Assembly: GCA_902826775.1 (NCBI GenBank)
Contig: CADEHE010000006.1
Coordinates: 37,238 to 101,237, forward strand
Direction: 5' to 3'
DNA: 64,000 nucleotides
Source of the DNA: an uncultured Pseudomonadota bacterium
GTDB taxonomy: Bacteria; Pseudomonadota; Gammaproteobacteria; Burkholderiales; JALYOK01
The translations under genes and the position numbers were made by a program. The notes beneath the pieces were generated by a model. That model did not search any database. It saw only the letters and a program-made list of their open reading frames with translations, and was not told the DNA's origin. Positions 8,557 through 18,383 of the stretch are shown here, piece after piece. Every line of letters starts with the position of its first letter. The stretch's first letter is position 1.

Positions 8557-9750
8557 ATGCGCCTACTGATTTTATTGCTGCTGCTCGGTGCGACCGTAAC
8601 GGTGGCCGCGCCGTACGTCCCCAAGTCGGACGCTGAAGTTCTGGAGCACTTGCCGCTGCGTGCCGGTGATCGCCAAAGCAAGGAATTGCGCGAGCTGCGC
8701 GCGCAGGTCGCCGCACGGCCTGGCGATGTGCAATTGGCGACAAGACTCGCTCAGCGCTACATAGAGCTTGGCCGCGCCGATGCCGACCCGCGCTACTTCG
8801 GCTATGCGCAAGCGGTGCTCGGGCCGTGGTGGCACAAACCCGATCCGCCCTTGTCGGTGCGCTTGCTGCGAGCCACACTGCGCCAGAGTACACATCAGTT
8901 TGACTTAGCCCTGGCGGATCTCAACGGTATCCTGCGGGTTGTACCTGAACATCCGCAAGCCCTATTGACGCGTGCCACGGTCCAGCAAGTGCGCGGTGAT
9001 TTCGCCGCGGCAAAACGCGATTGCCAAGCGCTGGGCGAACTCGTCGAGGCGATCGTGAGCATGGCTTGTATGGCCAACGTTAGCGGTGCGACTGGCGCGC
9101 TACAGCCTAGCTATGAAGCGCTGAAAGCGGCGTTCGGCACGGGTGGCGGCGCTAACCCCAAGCTTGACGCGTGGCTCTTGACGCAACTCGCCGAGATGGC
9201 CGTGCGCGCGGGCAATGCCAGCGCGGCAGAGCAACATTTCCGCGCGGCGTTGCAAGTCGAAACAGCCAACACCGTTGCGCAAACCCCGCAAGCGCGCGAG
9301 ACAGATGCTTACTTGCTGGCCGCTTACGCCGATTTTCTGCTTGACCAGAACCGTCCGCAAGACGTTATCAAGCTACTGCAGGAGAGCACGCGCGCCGACG
9401 GCCTCATGCTGCGCTATGCCTTGGCGCAGCAGCAGCTAAAGCTGCCGCAGCTCAGCGCCAGCATTGCGGCGTTGAACGCGCGTTTCGAGGCCGCACGCCG
9501 GCGCGGCGAGCGTGTGCATCTGCGCGAAGAGGCGCGCTTTCACTTGGAGTTGCTACGGGCGCCACAACCAGCACTCCAACTCGCGCAAGACAATTGGGCC
9601 GTGCAAAAGGAACCTGCCGACGCCAGGATTCTGCTCGAAGCGGCGTTGGCGGCAGACTCCAAAGCCGCAGCGCGGCCGGTGCTCGATTGGCTGGCGGCCC
9701 ACAAGCTGGAAGATGTCGCGCTGGAAAAATTGCGCGGGCAGCTTAATTAA
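8557..9750 (+). CDS. Secreted tetratricopeptide-repeat protein
   Basis: Start at MRLLILLLLLGATVTVAAP (signal peptide). Helical Ala/Leu-rich TPR-like repeats run throughout. Confidence 0.75.
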   Translation: MRLLILLLLLGATVTVAAPYVPKSDAEVLEHLPLRAGDRQSKELRELRAQVAARPGDVQLATRLAQRYIELGRADADPRYFGYAQAVLGPWWHKPDPPLSVRLLRATLRQSTHQFDLALADLNGILRVVPEHPQALLTRATVQQVRGDFAAAKRDCQALGELVEAIVSMACMANVSGATGALQPSYEALKAAFGTGGGANPKLDAWLLTQLAEMAVRAGNASAAEQHFRAALQVETANTVAQTPQARETDAYLLAAYADFLLDQNRPQDVIKLLQESTRADGLMLRYALAQQQLKLPQLSASIAALNARFEAARRRGERVHLREEARFHLELLRAPQPALQLAQDNWAVQKEPADARILLEAALAADSKAAARPVLDWLAAHKLEDVALEKLRGQLN

Positions 9751-9801
9751 CCGCGAATCAAGCGCCGGCCAAATCGGCCCTGCAGCGCCAAATTCGCGGT
9801 T
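9749..9801. terminator. Long inverted repeat between convergent genes (possible bidirectional terminator)
   Basis: AACCGCGAAT ... ATTCGCGGTT, a 10-bp stem enclosing a GGCCaaatcGGCC sub-hairpin. No clear U-tract. Confidence 0.35.
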
Positions 9802-9812
9802 CCTGCATTGCT

Positions 9813-10238
9813 CTAATGCAGCACGGCCGGGATTTCTTCCTCGAACGTTCGCTTGGGCGAGGCAGAAGAGTGGTGTACCACCATGCGCCAGCCTTGATGG
9901 GTTTGCATGAACACGTTGGTACTCACCACCAAAGCCTCTTGCGGCTGACCGCTCACGACTTTGATATTTTCATGTACCACAAAAATAGCGAGCATCAGAT
10001 GATGGTAGCGTTGTTGCTCGCTGATCGCGACCTTGAGTTGCAAGCCGCCGGTGAAGATGCGCTTCCAGCTTTCGCGCACCGCATCAAAACCTTGCAGGCG
10101 CGGGCCTTGCGGGTGCACGCAGATGATCTCCTCGTCCTCGGCCCACACACCCATCATGTCTTCCAGGTTGGCGCGCTCGATCGCTTCATAGAACGCATTC
10201 TGCGCATCTTCAGGAGTTAAAAACGGTTGGAACGGCAT
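9813..10238 (-). CDS. SnoaL-like / NTF2-fold (DUF4440-like) protein
   Basis: 141 aa. N-terminal AFYEAIERANLEDMMGVWAEDEEIICVHPQGP and C-terminal GWRMVVHHSS are typical of this fold family. Confidence 0.75.
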   Translation of the reverse strand: MPFQPFLTPEDAQNAFYEAIERANLEDMMGVWAEDEEIICVHPQGPRLQGFDAVRESWKRIFTGGLQLKVAISEQQRYHHLMLAIFVVHENIKVVSGQPQEALVVSTNVFMQTHQGWRMVVHHSSASPKRTFEEEIPAVLH

Positions 10239-10627
10239 AGGTAGATAGAGACAACTTGTTGGTCATATAGCGCATTTGGCACAGCGCCGGTGCGCGCTTA
10301 AGGCCTACTGCAATATGGGCCCGAGCGGCGCGACTAAGTGCCTTATAGTAAACGAGTAAACGCGCTTTCGCCTTTTTGCCAAAACACTATCGGGCGAGGA
10401 AACAGTGATATCATAACTTGGCATGTAGTGTGCCTCGGGGCAAAAGTCGCGTGGCACGCTACGTCTCGCATCTACTCCTGCCGCAACGATCTGGAGGAGT
10501 TCAACGCTTCTTGGGCAAGTCACGCAACTCGGTGAGGCGCCTTGGGTCACAGCTTATTTTTATGTAGTCGCAATGAAGCAATTGAGGTTGTGGGGTTCTA
10601 AGAGGTAAACCAAAAGGAGAAACTAGG

Positions 10628-11083
10628 ATGGATATGACAGTAAATGGTAAGAGCGTTAGCGTAGACGCAGCGCCCGATACGCCTTTGCTGTGGGTATTGC
10701 GAGATACCCTCGGCATGACTGGTACCAAGTTCGGCTGCGGCAAGGCACTTTGCGGCGCCTGTACCGTGCACCTAAACGGTGAGCCGGTGCGCTCTTGCTC
10801 GACCCCGGTTTCGGCCGCGGCCGGAGCAAAAGTCACCACGATCGAAGGTTTGTCCGCCGGCGGCAGCTTGCATGCCGTGCAGAAAGCCTGGATCCAAGAG
10901 CAAGTGCCGCAATGCGGCTACTGCCAATCGGGTCAGATCATGTCTGCCGTGGCCCTTTTGTCCAAGGCCAAAGACCCGACCGATGCGCAAATTGACGACG
11001 CCATGTCGGGCAACATCTGCCGCTGCGGCACCTATCAGCAAATTCGCGCTGCGATTCATCGCGCCGCGAAGATGATGGCCTAA
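10628..11083 (+). CDS. (2Fe-2S)-binding small subunit of a xanthine-oxidase-family molybdoenzyme (IorA-like)
   Basis: 151 aa. [12 protein letters not shown] and [11 protein letters not shown]...NICRCGTY cluster motifs. AAGGAG RBS. Confidence 0.92.
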   Translation: MDMTVNGKSVSVDAAPDTPLLWVLRDTLGMTGTKFGCGKALCGACTVHLNGEPVRSCSTPVSAAAGAKVTTIEGLSAGGSLHAVQKAWIQEQVPQCGYCQSGQIMSAVALLSKAKDPTDAQIDDAMSGNICRCGTYQQIRAAIHRAAKMMA

Positions 11084-11096
11084 GGAGACACAACAG

Positions 11097-13226
11097 ATGA
11101 ATACCACCATGAAAAATCCTAGCCGTCGTCGCTTCCTACAAACTTCCGCCGCGGTCGGCGGTGGCTTGACGCTCGCAATGTATCTGCCGGGCGGTGTCAA
11201 AGTTGCTCACGCGGACGGCGAGAGCTATTCGCCCAACGCTTGGGTGCGCATTGCTCCCGACAACACCGTCACTATCCTGGTGGCGCGTTCGGAAATGGGC
11301 CAAGGCGTTTACACCGCCATGCCGCAGTTGGTAGCGGAAGAACTGGACGTGGATTTCAGCAAGATCCGCATTGAAGCCGCCCCCCCGGCCGAGGTCTACA
11401 TCAACGCGTTGCTCGGCGGTCAATTGACCGGCGGTTCGACTTCTGTGCGCGATGCATGGGAAAAACTGCGTATCGCCGGCGCCAGCGCGCGCATGATGTT
11501 GGAAGGGGCCGCTGCCCAGAAATGGGGTGTAGCGGCCGACCAATGCAAAGGCTCGAACGGCATGGTGAGCGGCCCGGACGGCAAGAGCGCCAGCTATGGC
11601 GAACTGGCCGAAGCTGCCTCCAAGATGGCCGTGCCGAAAGATGTCCCGCTGAAGAAGCCGGAACAATGGAAGATCGTCGGCAAATCGGTCCCGCGTCTGG
11701 ACTTGCCCGCTAAAGTGAACGGCTCGGCCGAATTCGGCATCGACGTCACGTTGCCCGGTATGGCCTATGCGTCCGTGGCGATGAGCCCGGTAATCGACGG
11801 CAAAGTGGCGAGCTTCAACGCCGACAAAGCCAAGGCAATGCCTGGCGTGCAAGCCATCGTTCAGTACAGCCGCGGTGTTGCTGTGGTCGCCGATTCGTTC
11901 TGGCAAGCTAAGCAAGCGCGCGATGCGCTCGACATCACTTGGGACGAAGGCGCCAAGGCCGGCCTGAACATGGACGGCATTTGGGGTGGCCTGCGCGCCT
12001 CAGCGAAAGAGCCGGGCGTGACCTACCGCAAGGAAGGTGATGCCGAGGCGGCAATCAAGGGTGCAGCGAAGGTTCTCGATCTCGAGTATGAAACCTGCTT
12101 CCAGTCACACTCGCCGATGGAGGCAATGAACGCCGTTGCTGACGTGCGCGCCGATAGCGCCACTATCATCGCGCCGAACCAGTTCCAGCAATTAATCCCG
12201 GTGGTCGTTGCCGGGGTGACCGGTCTGAAGCCCGAGCAAGTCGAAGTGAAAACCACTTACCTCGGCGGTGGATTCGGCCGTCGTGTGGAAGTGGACTACA
12301 CCGTCGACGCTGCTGAGATCTCCAAAGCGGTCGGCAAGCCGGTCAAGATGGTGTGGACCCGCGAAGACGATATGACGCATGACTCGTATCGCCCCGCTAC
12401 CCACAACCGCGTGCAAGCTGCTTTGGACGCGGACGGCAAGTTGCTGGCGTGGAAATTTGCCATCACCGGCCCGTCGATTTCGTCGCGCCTGTTCCCCTCC
12501 ATCGTCAAGGACGGTCTCGATCCGTTCGCGGTGGAAGCGGCGGAAAACTATCCGTACGACGTGCCGAACATCCTGTTGACCTACCGCATCCATGATACCG
12601 GTGTAACCCCCGGTTACTGGCGTTCGGTCAGCCACTCGCTCAACTGCTTCGTAGCGGAATCGGCGATGGATGAAATCGCACGCGCTGTCAACAAAGATCC
12701 GCTCGAGTACCGCATGAGCTTGCTCGGCAAGCATCCGCGTTACCAGCGCATTCTGGCGATGGCAGCGGACAAAGCCGGCTGGGGCAAGAGCGGCGGTGAA
12801 GGCAAAGCGATGGGTGTGGCGGTCATGGAAGGTTATGGCACCTACCTCGCGCAAATCTCCGAAGTGTCGGTGGAGAACGGCAAGCCGCGCGTGCACCGCG
12901 TCATCAACGTGATCGACTGCGGCATGATGGTTAATCCCGCGATCGTTCGCGCTCAGGTCGAAAGCTCAGTGATGTATGGCTTGACCGCTGCGATCAAAGG
13001 CGAGATCACTGTCGATAAGGGCCGCATTCAGCAAAACAACTTCGACAGCTATCCGATGCTGCGCATGAACGAGATGCCGAAGTGCGAAACCTATCTCGTG
13101 CAAAGCAGCGAAAAACCGGGTGGCGTGGGCGAGCCGGTGGTTGGCTTGATTCCGCCGTCTGTGGCGAATGCGTTGCACACCCTGACGGGCAAGCGCATCC
13201 GCAAGCTGCCGATTCTGTCGGTGTAA
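11097..13226 (+). CDS. Molybdopterin-binding large subunit (IorB-like) with Tat signal
   Basis: 709 aa. Twin-arginine signal SRRRFLQTSAAVGGG. Aldehyde-oxidase/xanthine-dehydrogenase-type domains (GGGFGRR). Confidence 0.92.
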   Translation: MNTTMKNPSRRRFLQTSAAVGGGLTLAMYLPGGVKVAHADGESYSPNAWVRIAPDNTVTILVARSEMGQGVYTAMPQLVAEELDVDFSKIRIEAAPPAEVYINALLGGQLTGGSTSVRDAWEKLRIAGASARMMLEGAAAQKWGVAADQCKGSNGMVSGPDGKSASYGELAEAASKMAVPKDVPLKKPEQWKIVGKSVPRLDLPAKVNGSAEFGIDVTLPGMAYASVAMSPVIDGKVASFNADKAKAMPGVQAIVQYSRGVAVVADSFWQAKQARDALDITWDEGAKAGLNMDGIWGGLRASAKEPGVTYRKEGDAEAAIKGAAKVLDLEYETCFQSHSPMEAMNAVADVRADSATIIAPNQFQQLIPVVVAGVTGLKPEQVEVKTTYLGGGFGRRVEVDYTVDAAEISKAVGKPVKMVWTREDDMTHDSYRPATHNRVQAALDADGKLLAWKFAITGPSISSRLFPSIVKDGLDPFAVEAAENYPYDVPNILLTYRIHDTGVTPGYWRSVSHSLNCFVAESAMDEIARAVNKDPLEYRMSLLGKHPRYQRILAMAADKAGWGKSGGEGKAMGVAVMEGYGTYLAQISEVSVENGKPRVHRVINVIDCGMMVNPAIVRAQVESSVMYGLTAAIKGEITVDKGRIQQNNFDSYPMLRMNEMPKCETYLVQSSEKPGGVGEPVVGLIPPSVANALHTLTGKRIRKLPILSV

Positions 13227-13257
13227 TCCGGTAACAGCGTTAAAGGTAGAGACGATC

Positions 13258-14253
13258 ATGCACAGTGTTGACCTGGAAGTTTTGCGCGCAGCGATGGGAT
13301 GGCTCGAACAGGGCGTCCGGGTCACACTGGCAACGGTGGTCGAAACCTGGGGTTCTTCGCCGCGGCAGGTGGGTGCGATGCTCGCACTCACCGCCGACGG
13401 GCGATTGGTCGGATCGGTCTCAGGCGGTTGCATCGAAGACGATTTGTTATTGAAGGTGAAGACTGGGCAGGGGCCACAAGCTCGACCTGAAGTCGTGACC
13501 TACGGCGTGAGCGCCGAAGAGGCGCGCCGCTTTGGTCTTCCTTGTGGCGGTACCTTGCGCTTAGTGCTCGAACCATTGGCGAGCGCGGCAAGTTGGAAGC
13601 AAGTGTTGGAAGCGATCGAGCGGCGCGAAGTAGTGGCGCGCAAGCTGGATATTAAGACCGGCGAAGCGCATGTCGCCGCCGCTGGCAAGGACGAAGAGAC
13701 TGCCTTTGATGAGGCTACACTTACCACAGTACACGGTCCGCGCTGGCGTCTGGCAATAATCGGGGCGGGACAGATGACGGTGTATCTTGCGCAAATGGCG
13801 CAGGCACTGGATTATCACGTGCTCGTGTGCGACCCGCGCGAAGAGTACCGTGCCTCATGGGATATGCCCGGTGTCGAGCTTTCCAAGATGATGCCGGACG
13901 ATTATTTGGCTTCGCTCAAACTGGATCGTCACACCGCCGTGGTGGCCCTGACGCATGATCCCAAGCAAGACGATTTGGCGCTTATCGAGGCGCTGAAATC
14001 CGAAGCGTTTTATGTCGGCGCGATTGGCTCGCGCAAACACCAAGATTCGCGGCGCGAGCGCTTGCTGGAATTCGGTATCACACAGCAAGAACTTGCGCGG
14101 CTGCACGGCCCAATCGGTTTGCCCCTCGGCGGCAAGACGCCGCCGGAAATGGCGATCGCCATCCTTGCGGACATGACCGCTTCGCGCTACGGCGTTGAAC
14201 TGCAGCTCGCGTCCAAACCTAAGCCTACGCCAAAGCTGTCCGCGGTCGGTTGA
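13258..14253 (+). CDS. XdhC/CoxI family molybdoenzyme maturation protein
   Basis: 331 aa. N-terminal XdhC_CoxI block (LATVVETWGSSPRQVGAML...GSVSGGCIE) and a C-terminal Rossmann block (LAIIGAGQM). Confidence 0.88.
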   Translation: MHSVDLEVLRAAMGWLEQGVRVTLATVVETWGSSPRQVGAMLALTADGRLVGSVSGGCIEDDLLLKVKTGQGPQARPEVVTYGVSAEEARRFGLPCGGTLRLVLEPLASAASWKQVLEAIERREVVARKLDIKTGEAHVAAAGKDEETAFDEATLTTVHGPRWRLAIIGAGQMTVYLAQMAQALDYHVLVCDPREEYRASWDMPGVELSKMMPDDYLASLKLDRHTAVVALTHDPKQDDLALIEALKSEAFYVGAIGSRKHQDSRRERLLEFGITQQELARLHGPIGLPLGGKTPPEMAIAILADMTASRYGVELQLASKPKPTPKLSAVG

Positions 14254-14331
14254 GTTGTCCCCGTACCGGCGCGCGAAGTTGTTTGTATGCGCGCCTCGCA
14301 GATGCGGCGGCTGCCACACACTTAGTCTGAC

Positions 14332-14916
14332 ATGAAAATCACCGGGCTCTTACTCGCGGCCGGCGCCGGCACGCGCTTCGGCGGCGCCAAGCTGCTGGCG
14401 GAGGTGCAACCCGGCGTGCCCATGTGTGTGGCATCGTGCCGCAACCTTGCGCAAGCGGTCGATGAAGTCGTCGCGGTAGTGCGCGCGGGTGACACTGAAG
14501 TGCGCGCAGCGTTGGCAGCAACAGCAGGCGTAGCGGTCATCGAGTGCGCGCGCGCGCACGAAGGCATGAGCGCTTCGCTGGTGTGCGGCATTCTCGCATC
14601 CGGCAACACGGATGCATGGGTGGTCGCGCTGGCCGATATGCCGTTGATCAGACCTTCCACTATCGCAGCGATCACCAACGCGATGCGTGGCGGTGCGCGC
14701 ATTGCAGCGCCCATTTTTTACGGCAAGCGTGGTCACCCGGTGGGTTTCGCGGCAAGCTTGCGTGCGCAGTTGCTCGCTTGCAGTGGCGACGCCGGCGCGC
14801 GAGCCGTGTTACTGGCACAAGCCAGCGACATCAGCACGGTCGAGACGGATGATCCTGGCGTGCTCGCCGATATCGATACGCGCGCGGAACTCGCCCGCGT
14901 CTGCGGCGAGGTTTAG
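14332..14916 (+). CDS. MobA/MocA-like nucleotidyltransferase (molybdenum cofactor cytidylyl/guanylyltransferase family)
   Basis: 194 aa. N-terminal GLLLAAGAGTRFGGAKLL signature. Follows xdhC. Confidence 0.8.
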   Translation: MKITGLLLAAGAGTRFGGAKLLAEVQPGVPMCVASCRNLAQAVDEVVAVVRAGDTEVRAALAATAGVAVIECARAHEGMSASLVCGILASGNTDAWVVALADMPLIRPSTIAAITNAMRGGARIAAPIFYGKRGHPVGFAASLRAQLLACSGDAGARAVLLAQASDISTVETDDPGVLADIDTRAELARVCGEV

Positions 14917-14993
14917 TACCACCCATGCATCCAACGCCGCGAGAGGTGCGTACAAGATGTGTGCGCCCGACTCGTGCCAGCTCCCCCTAACCC

Positions 14994-15548
14994 ATGCCCA
15001 GCGTTGATCCTGCTCCGGAACAACTGGTGAGCTTGCTCGCTGCCAGCGCTCGCGGCGAGCAAGCGGCGTTCGCTCAGCTATATGCGTTGACTTCTGCGCG
15101 CTTGTTCGGTGTGGCGTTGCGCATGATGCGCCGGCGCGACTGGGCGGAGGAAGTGCTGCAGGAAGCTTTTGTCAGCGTTTGGCAGCACGCGGCCGAGTAC
15201 AACAGCGCCAAAGCCGCGCCGCTGACCTGGATGACCACCATTGTGCGCAATCGCTGTCTCGATTGGTTGCGGCGTCCGCAACACGAAACCGCCGCCGACG
15301 ATGAGGCTATGACGCAAATCGTCGACGATGCTTCGGGGCCGCTGGAGCGCCTGATGCAAAGTGCTGCGATGAAGAGCATCTTTTCCTGCTTGAAGGCGCT
15401 CAGCGCGGTGGAGCGGCAGACCATCACGCTTGCCTTCTTTCACGGGTTAACGCACGCTGAATTGGCCAAGCACCTGCGCCAGCCATTGGGCACGATCAAA
15501 TCGAGCGTGCGCCGCGGTTTGCTGCGGCTGAAGGAGTGCCTGGGGTGA
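14994..15548 (+). CDS. ECF (sigma-70 family) RNA polymerase sigma factor
   Basis: 184 aa. Region 2 (EEVLQEAFVSVWQHAAEY) and region 4 HTH (LTHAELAKHLRQPLGTIKSSVRRGL). Confidence 0.9.
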   Translation: MPSVDPAPEQLVSLLAASARGEQAAFAQLYALTSARLFGVALRMMRRRDWAEEVLQEAFVSVWQHAAEYNSAKAAPLTWMTTIVRNRCLDWLRRPQHETAADDEAMTQIVDDASGPLERLMQSAAMKSIFSCLKALSAVERQTITLAFFHGLTHAELAKHLRQPLGTIKSSVRRGLLRLKECLG

Positions 15549-15555
15549 GGCGGCG

Positions 15556-16278
15556 ATGAACTACGATAGCCCCAAGTTGCGCGACATGCTGGCTGCCGAG
15601 TACGCGCTCGGCACGCTGCATGGCCGCGCGCGGCGGCGCTTCGAGCGGCTGCTGGCGCGCGATGAAACGCTGCGTCAGCTGGTCGAGCAGTGGCAGCAGC
15701 GCCTGGCGCCTTTGGACTACGTTGTACCCGCACAACAGCCGCCGGAGCGCGTGTGGCTCGCTATCGCGCGGCGCATCGCAGCACCGCGCCCGACTGCCGC
15801 CGGCGAGCGCCCGCGCACGCGAGCAGCAGGCGGTTTTTGGAACAACCTTGGATTCTGGCGCGCACTCGGAGTCGGCGCCAGCGCCGTCGCTGCGGCGTTG
15901 CTCATCTACTTGAGTGTGGTGCCGGTTGCTCCGCCCGAGCCGAGCTACGTGGCTGTGTTGCTGGACCAGCAGGCGCACCCGGCAGTGGCGATTAACTATC
16001 GCGCGGACAGCCGCCAGATCGCTGTAAGCGTGGTCGCGGTACAAACGTTGGGCGCCGAGCAGTCGTTCGAATTATGGGCACTGCCGAAGGGCGCCGCGCC
16101 GCGATCGCTCGGGCTGATTCCGGCATCAGGCAAAGTCGTGCTCAATCTTGCCGGCGACGCGCGTGTCGCGTTGGAGGAAGTGCCGGCGTTCGCGGTGAGC
16201 TTGGAGCCCAAAGGCGGTTCGCCGACCGGCGCGCCCACCGGGCCGGTGTTATACAGTGGGGCGCGAGTGCGGCTGTAA
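15556..16278 (+). CDS. Anti-sigma factor (RskA-type, single TM)
   Basis: 240 aa. Begins 8 nt after the sigma gene. N-terminal anti-sigma helix (AAEYALGTL), a TM segment (GASAVAAALLIYLSVV) and a C-terminal RskA-like domain (FELWALP...FAVSLEPKGGSPTGAPTGPV). Confidence 0.8.
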   Translation: MNYDSPKLRDMLAAEYALGTLHGRARRRFERLLARDETLRQLVEQWQQRLAPLDYVVPAQQPPERVWLAIARRIAAPRPTAAGERPRTRAAGGFWNNLGFWRALGVGASAVAAALLIYLSVVPVAPPEPSYVAVLLDQQAHPAVAINYRADSRQIAVSVVAVQTLGAEQSFELWALPKGAAPRSLGLIPASGKVVLNLAGDARVALEEVPAFAVSLEPKGGSPTGAPTGPVLYSGARVRL

Positions 16279-16337
16279 AGCCGTATGCCGGTGCGTAGCG
16301 GGCGACAGCTCGATTCGCCGTCAATGCATCAGCGCGG

Positions 16338-16838
16338 TTACATTGCGAACGGATCGATCGCGCTGTCGGCCCCTTCAGTGGCGCGGCGCAACCGTATGCT
16401 AAGCGTGCGCGCGATCTGCATGAGCACAGCCAATGCTAAGCGTGGCTGTTCCGCGCGCAGGCGCTCGAAGTCCGCGCGGGTCAAAACGGCGAATACGCAT
16501 TCGTGCAAAGCAATACAAGCTGCCGAGCGTGGCGCGCCATCGATCAATGCCATCTCGCCGAGGCTGTCGCCACGCGCGAGCAACGCGACGGCATTCGGCC
16601 CGACCAAGTCTTGTTTGGTGACTTTGACCATGCCTTCGATGGTAAATAGCATGTAGTCGCCGGTATCACCCTCCTTAAACAACGGCGTGTCTTCGTGCGC
16701 GGAGTAGGCGCGCAAGTATTGCCACAGGCCAATTGCTTCCTCTGGCGGGATTTGCGGGAACACTGTTTGCAAAACGGAGTCTACTTCTTGCGCCGCCAAG
16801 GCGACGGGCTGCAAGTGATGGAAATTCGTTTCCGGCAT
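16338..16838 (-). CDS. Stand-alone cyclic-nucleotide-binding (CAP effector) domain protein
   Basis: The ATG at 16838 is preferred over the TTG at 16868. Motif FKEGDTGDYMLFTIEG...GDSLGEMALIDGAPRSA. Confidence 0.75.
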   Translation of the reverse strand: MPETNFHHLQPVALAAQEVDSVLQTVFPQIPPEEAIGLWQYLRAYSAHEDTPLFKEGDTGDYMLFTIEGMVKVTKQDLVGPNAVALLARGDSLGEMALIDGAPRSAACIALHECVFAVLTRADFERLRAEQPRLALAVLMQIARTLSIRLRRATEGADSAIDPFAM

Positions 16839-16940
16839 GTTTAGGCCTGTTCTTTGCGAATGTTGCAAATGCGCTCGCTAGAATAAGGCGAGTCAACTAG
16901 TGCGCACAAGATGTGATGGCGCAAATTGGAAGAGGATGTC

Positions 16941-17441
16941 ATGCGAATACTGGCAAACACACTGGCCGCAGCGGCGATGCTGTCGATTGCTATGTCCAGC
17001 CCGGCGCTGGAGTTTTCCCTAGCGGAGGCGCAAGCCGCGTGGCAGCGCGGTGACGCTGAGACGGCGCGCCAGCACTGGCAGGCGCTGGCTGATCAAGGCG
17101 ACGCCGCCGCCAGTAACAATCTGGGGCATCTTTATGAGAACGGCATAGGCGTGGAGCGTGATGTCGGCAAATCCTTCGCGCTTTATCAGCGCGCCGCTGA
17201 AGCCGGCATAGCGACGGGACAGTTCAATCTGGGTGAGGCTTACGCGCGCGGACTTGGGACGCAGCAGGACACCGTCGAAGCGCTCAAGTGGTACATGCTG
17301 GCAGCCGCGGGCGGGGATAGTGATGCGACTGCCGCTGTGGAGCGCTTGCAGCAGCGCCTTAACCTGGATGAGATCGGCGAAGCAACCTTGCGCGCGCTGG
17401 ATTGGCGGCGTGATCAGCACAAGCGCAAATCGCAGCCGTAG
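16941..17441 (+). CDS. Secreted Sel1-repeat (SLR/TPR-like) protein
   Basis: ATG at 16941 after GGAAGAGGA. Signal peptide. Sel1 repeats (NNLGHLYENGIGVERDVGKSFALYQRAAEAG; FNLGEAYARGLG...ALKWY). Confidence 0.8.
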   Translation: MRILANTLAAAAMLSIAMSSPALEFSLAEAQAAWQRGDAETARQHWQALADQGDAAASNNLGHLYENGIGVERDVGKSFALYQRAAEAGIATGQFNLGEAYARGLGTQQDTVEALKWYMLAAAGGDSDATAAVERLQQRLNLDEIGEATLRALDWRRDQHKRKSQP

Positions 17442-17534
17442 CCGCAACCGCTACCGTGGGTAAACAAGTAGGGAGTATCATCGTTAGAATCAATGGGGCA
17501 GACGCTATGGAAGGGCTGCTGGTGGTAGTGTATC

Positions 17535-18362
17535 CTACCCTTGCAGGCGTCGGTACGTGTTCAAGTGCTTGAGTGCTTCGCGAGCAAGACCCTCGCGCTG
17601 ATAGAGCAGCGCCAAATTGTAGTGTGCGTCCGCCATATCGGGCGCGAGCTTAAGCGCTTGGCGATATGCTAGCGCCGCATCCTTGGCGCGGTTCTGGTCA
17701 TCCAATAGCACGCCGAGATTGAACAAGAGCAGCGCGTTTGGCTCGCAGTACTGCAGTGCGGACCGATAGGTGCGCTCGGCAGCGGCAAATTGTCTTTGCG
17801 CATGCTGCAGGCGGCCAAGATTGACATAGGCATTGGTGTGCGCACGATCGAGTTCGATCGCGTTTCGATAGGCGGTAGCCGCGCCTTGGACATCGCTTTC
17901 TTCCAGTTCGCAGCCGTAATCAAACAAACTTTGCGCGCTTTGCAGTGGCGCCAGCTCGTTGCGCGCTGAGACAATAAAGCTCACCGAGCCGGCGCTCGGC
18001 GTGACTTCAAAATCAAGCAAGAACTGCCCCGAATCCGGCTGCCATTGCGCGCCGCCTTGGCGCACCACTAAACGCTCGCGGCTGCGGCTGCCCGCCGCGC
18101 TGATGCGCAATCCGCCGAGCGGCAATTGAGCCGGCAATTGTTGGCGCAAGGTTTTGAGCGATGCCGCGATACGCTCGCTGCTCATATTGCTGAAGGCCAA
18201 CTCGCGCGCAGCTTTAAGCGTGACCAAATCTTGAAACGAGAAACGCAATTCGCGGCGCTTACCGCGCGTGGGCATGACAAAGCCGGCCTTGACCATGCCG
18301 GCGACCACGCTGCGCGAAACGCCGAGCATGCGCTGCACGTCTTCGACGCTGTAGCCGCTCAT
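17535..18362 (-). CDS. MerR/excisionase-type HTH protein with C-terminal TPR domain
   Basis: 275 aa. N-terminal YSVEDVQRMLGVSRSVVAGMVKAGF (HTH). C-terminal TPRs (AYRNAIELD...YVNLGRL...). Starts 21 nt after the ku stop on the same strand. Confidence 0.75.
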   Translation of the reverse strand: MSGYSVEDVQRMLGVSRSVVAGMVKAGFVMPTRGKRRELRFSFQDLVTLKAARELAFSNMSSERIAASLKTLRQQLPAQLPLGGLRISAAGSRSRERLVVRQGGAQWQPDSGQFLLDFEVTPSAGSVSFIVSARNELAPLQSAQSLFDYGCELEESDVQGAATAYRNAIELDRAHTNAYVNLGRLQHAQRQFAAAERTYRSALQYCEPNALLLFNLGVLLDDQNRAKDAALAYRQALKLAPDMADAHYNLALLYQREGLAREALKHLNTYRRLQG

Positions 18363-18383
18363 GAGCTTGCGGCGAGCATGGGG

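Noticed and set aside
10239-10627. Possible Moco riboswitch in the 389-nt leader of the molybdoenzyme operon
   Set aside because: A small hairpin (ACTCCT-N15-AGGAGT near 10472-10498) is present. I cannot recognise the conserved Moco-motif core by eye, and a covariance-model search (Rfam RF01055) would be needed. It is not claimed.
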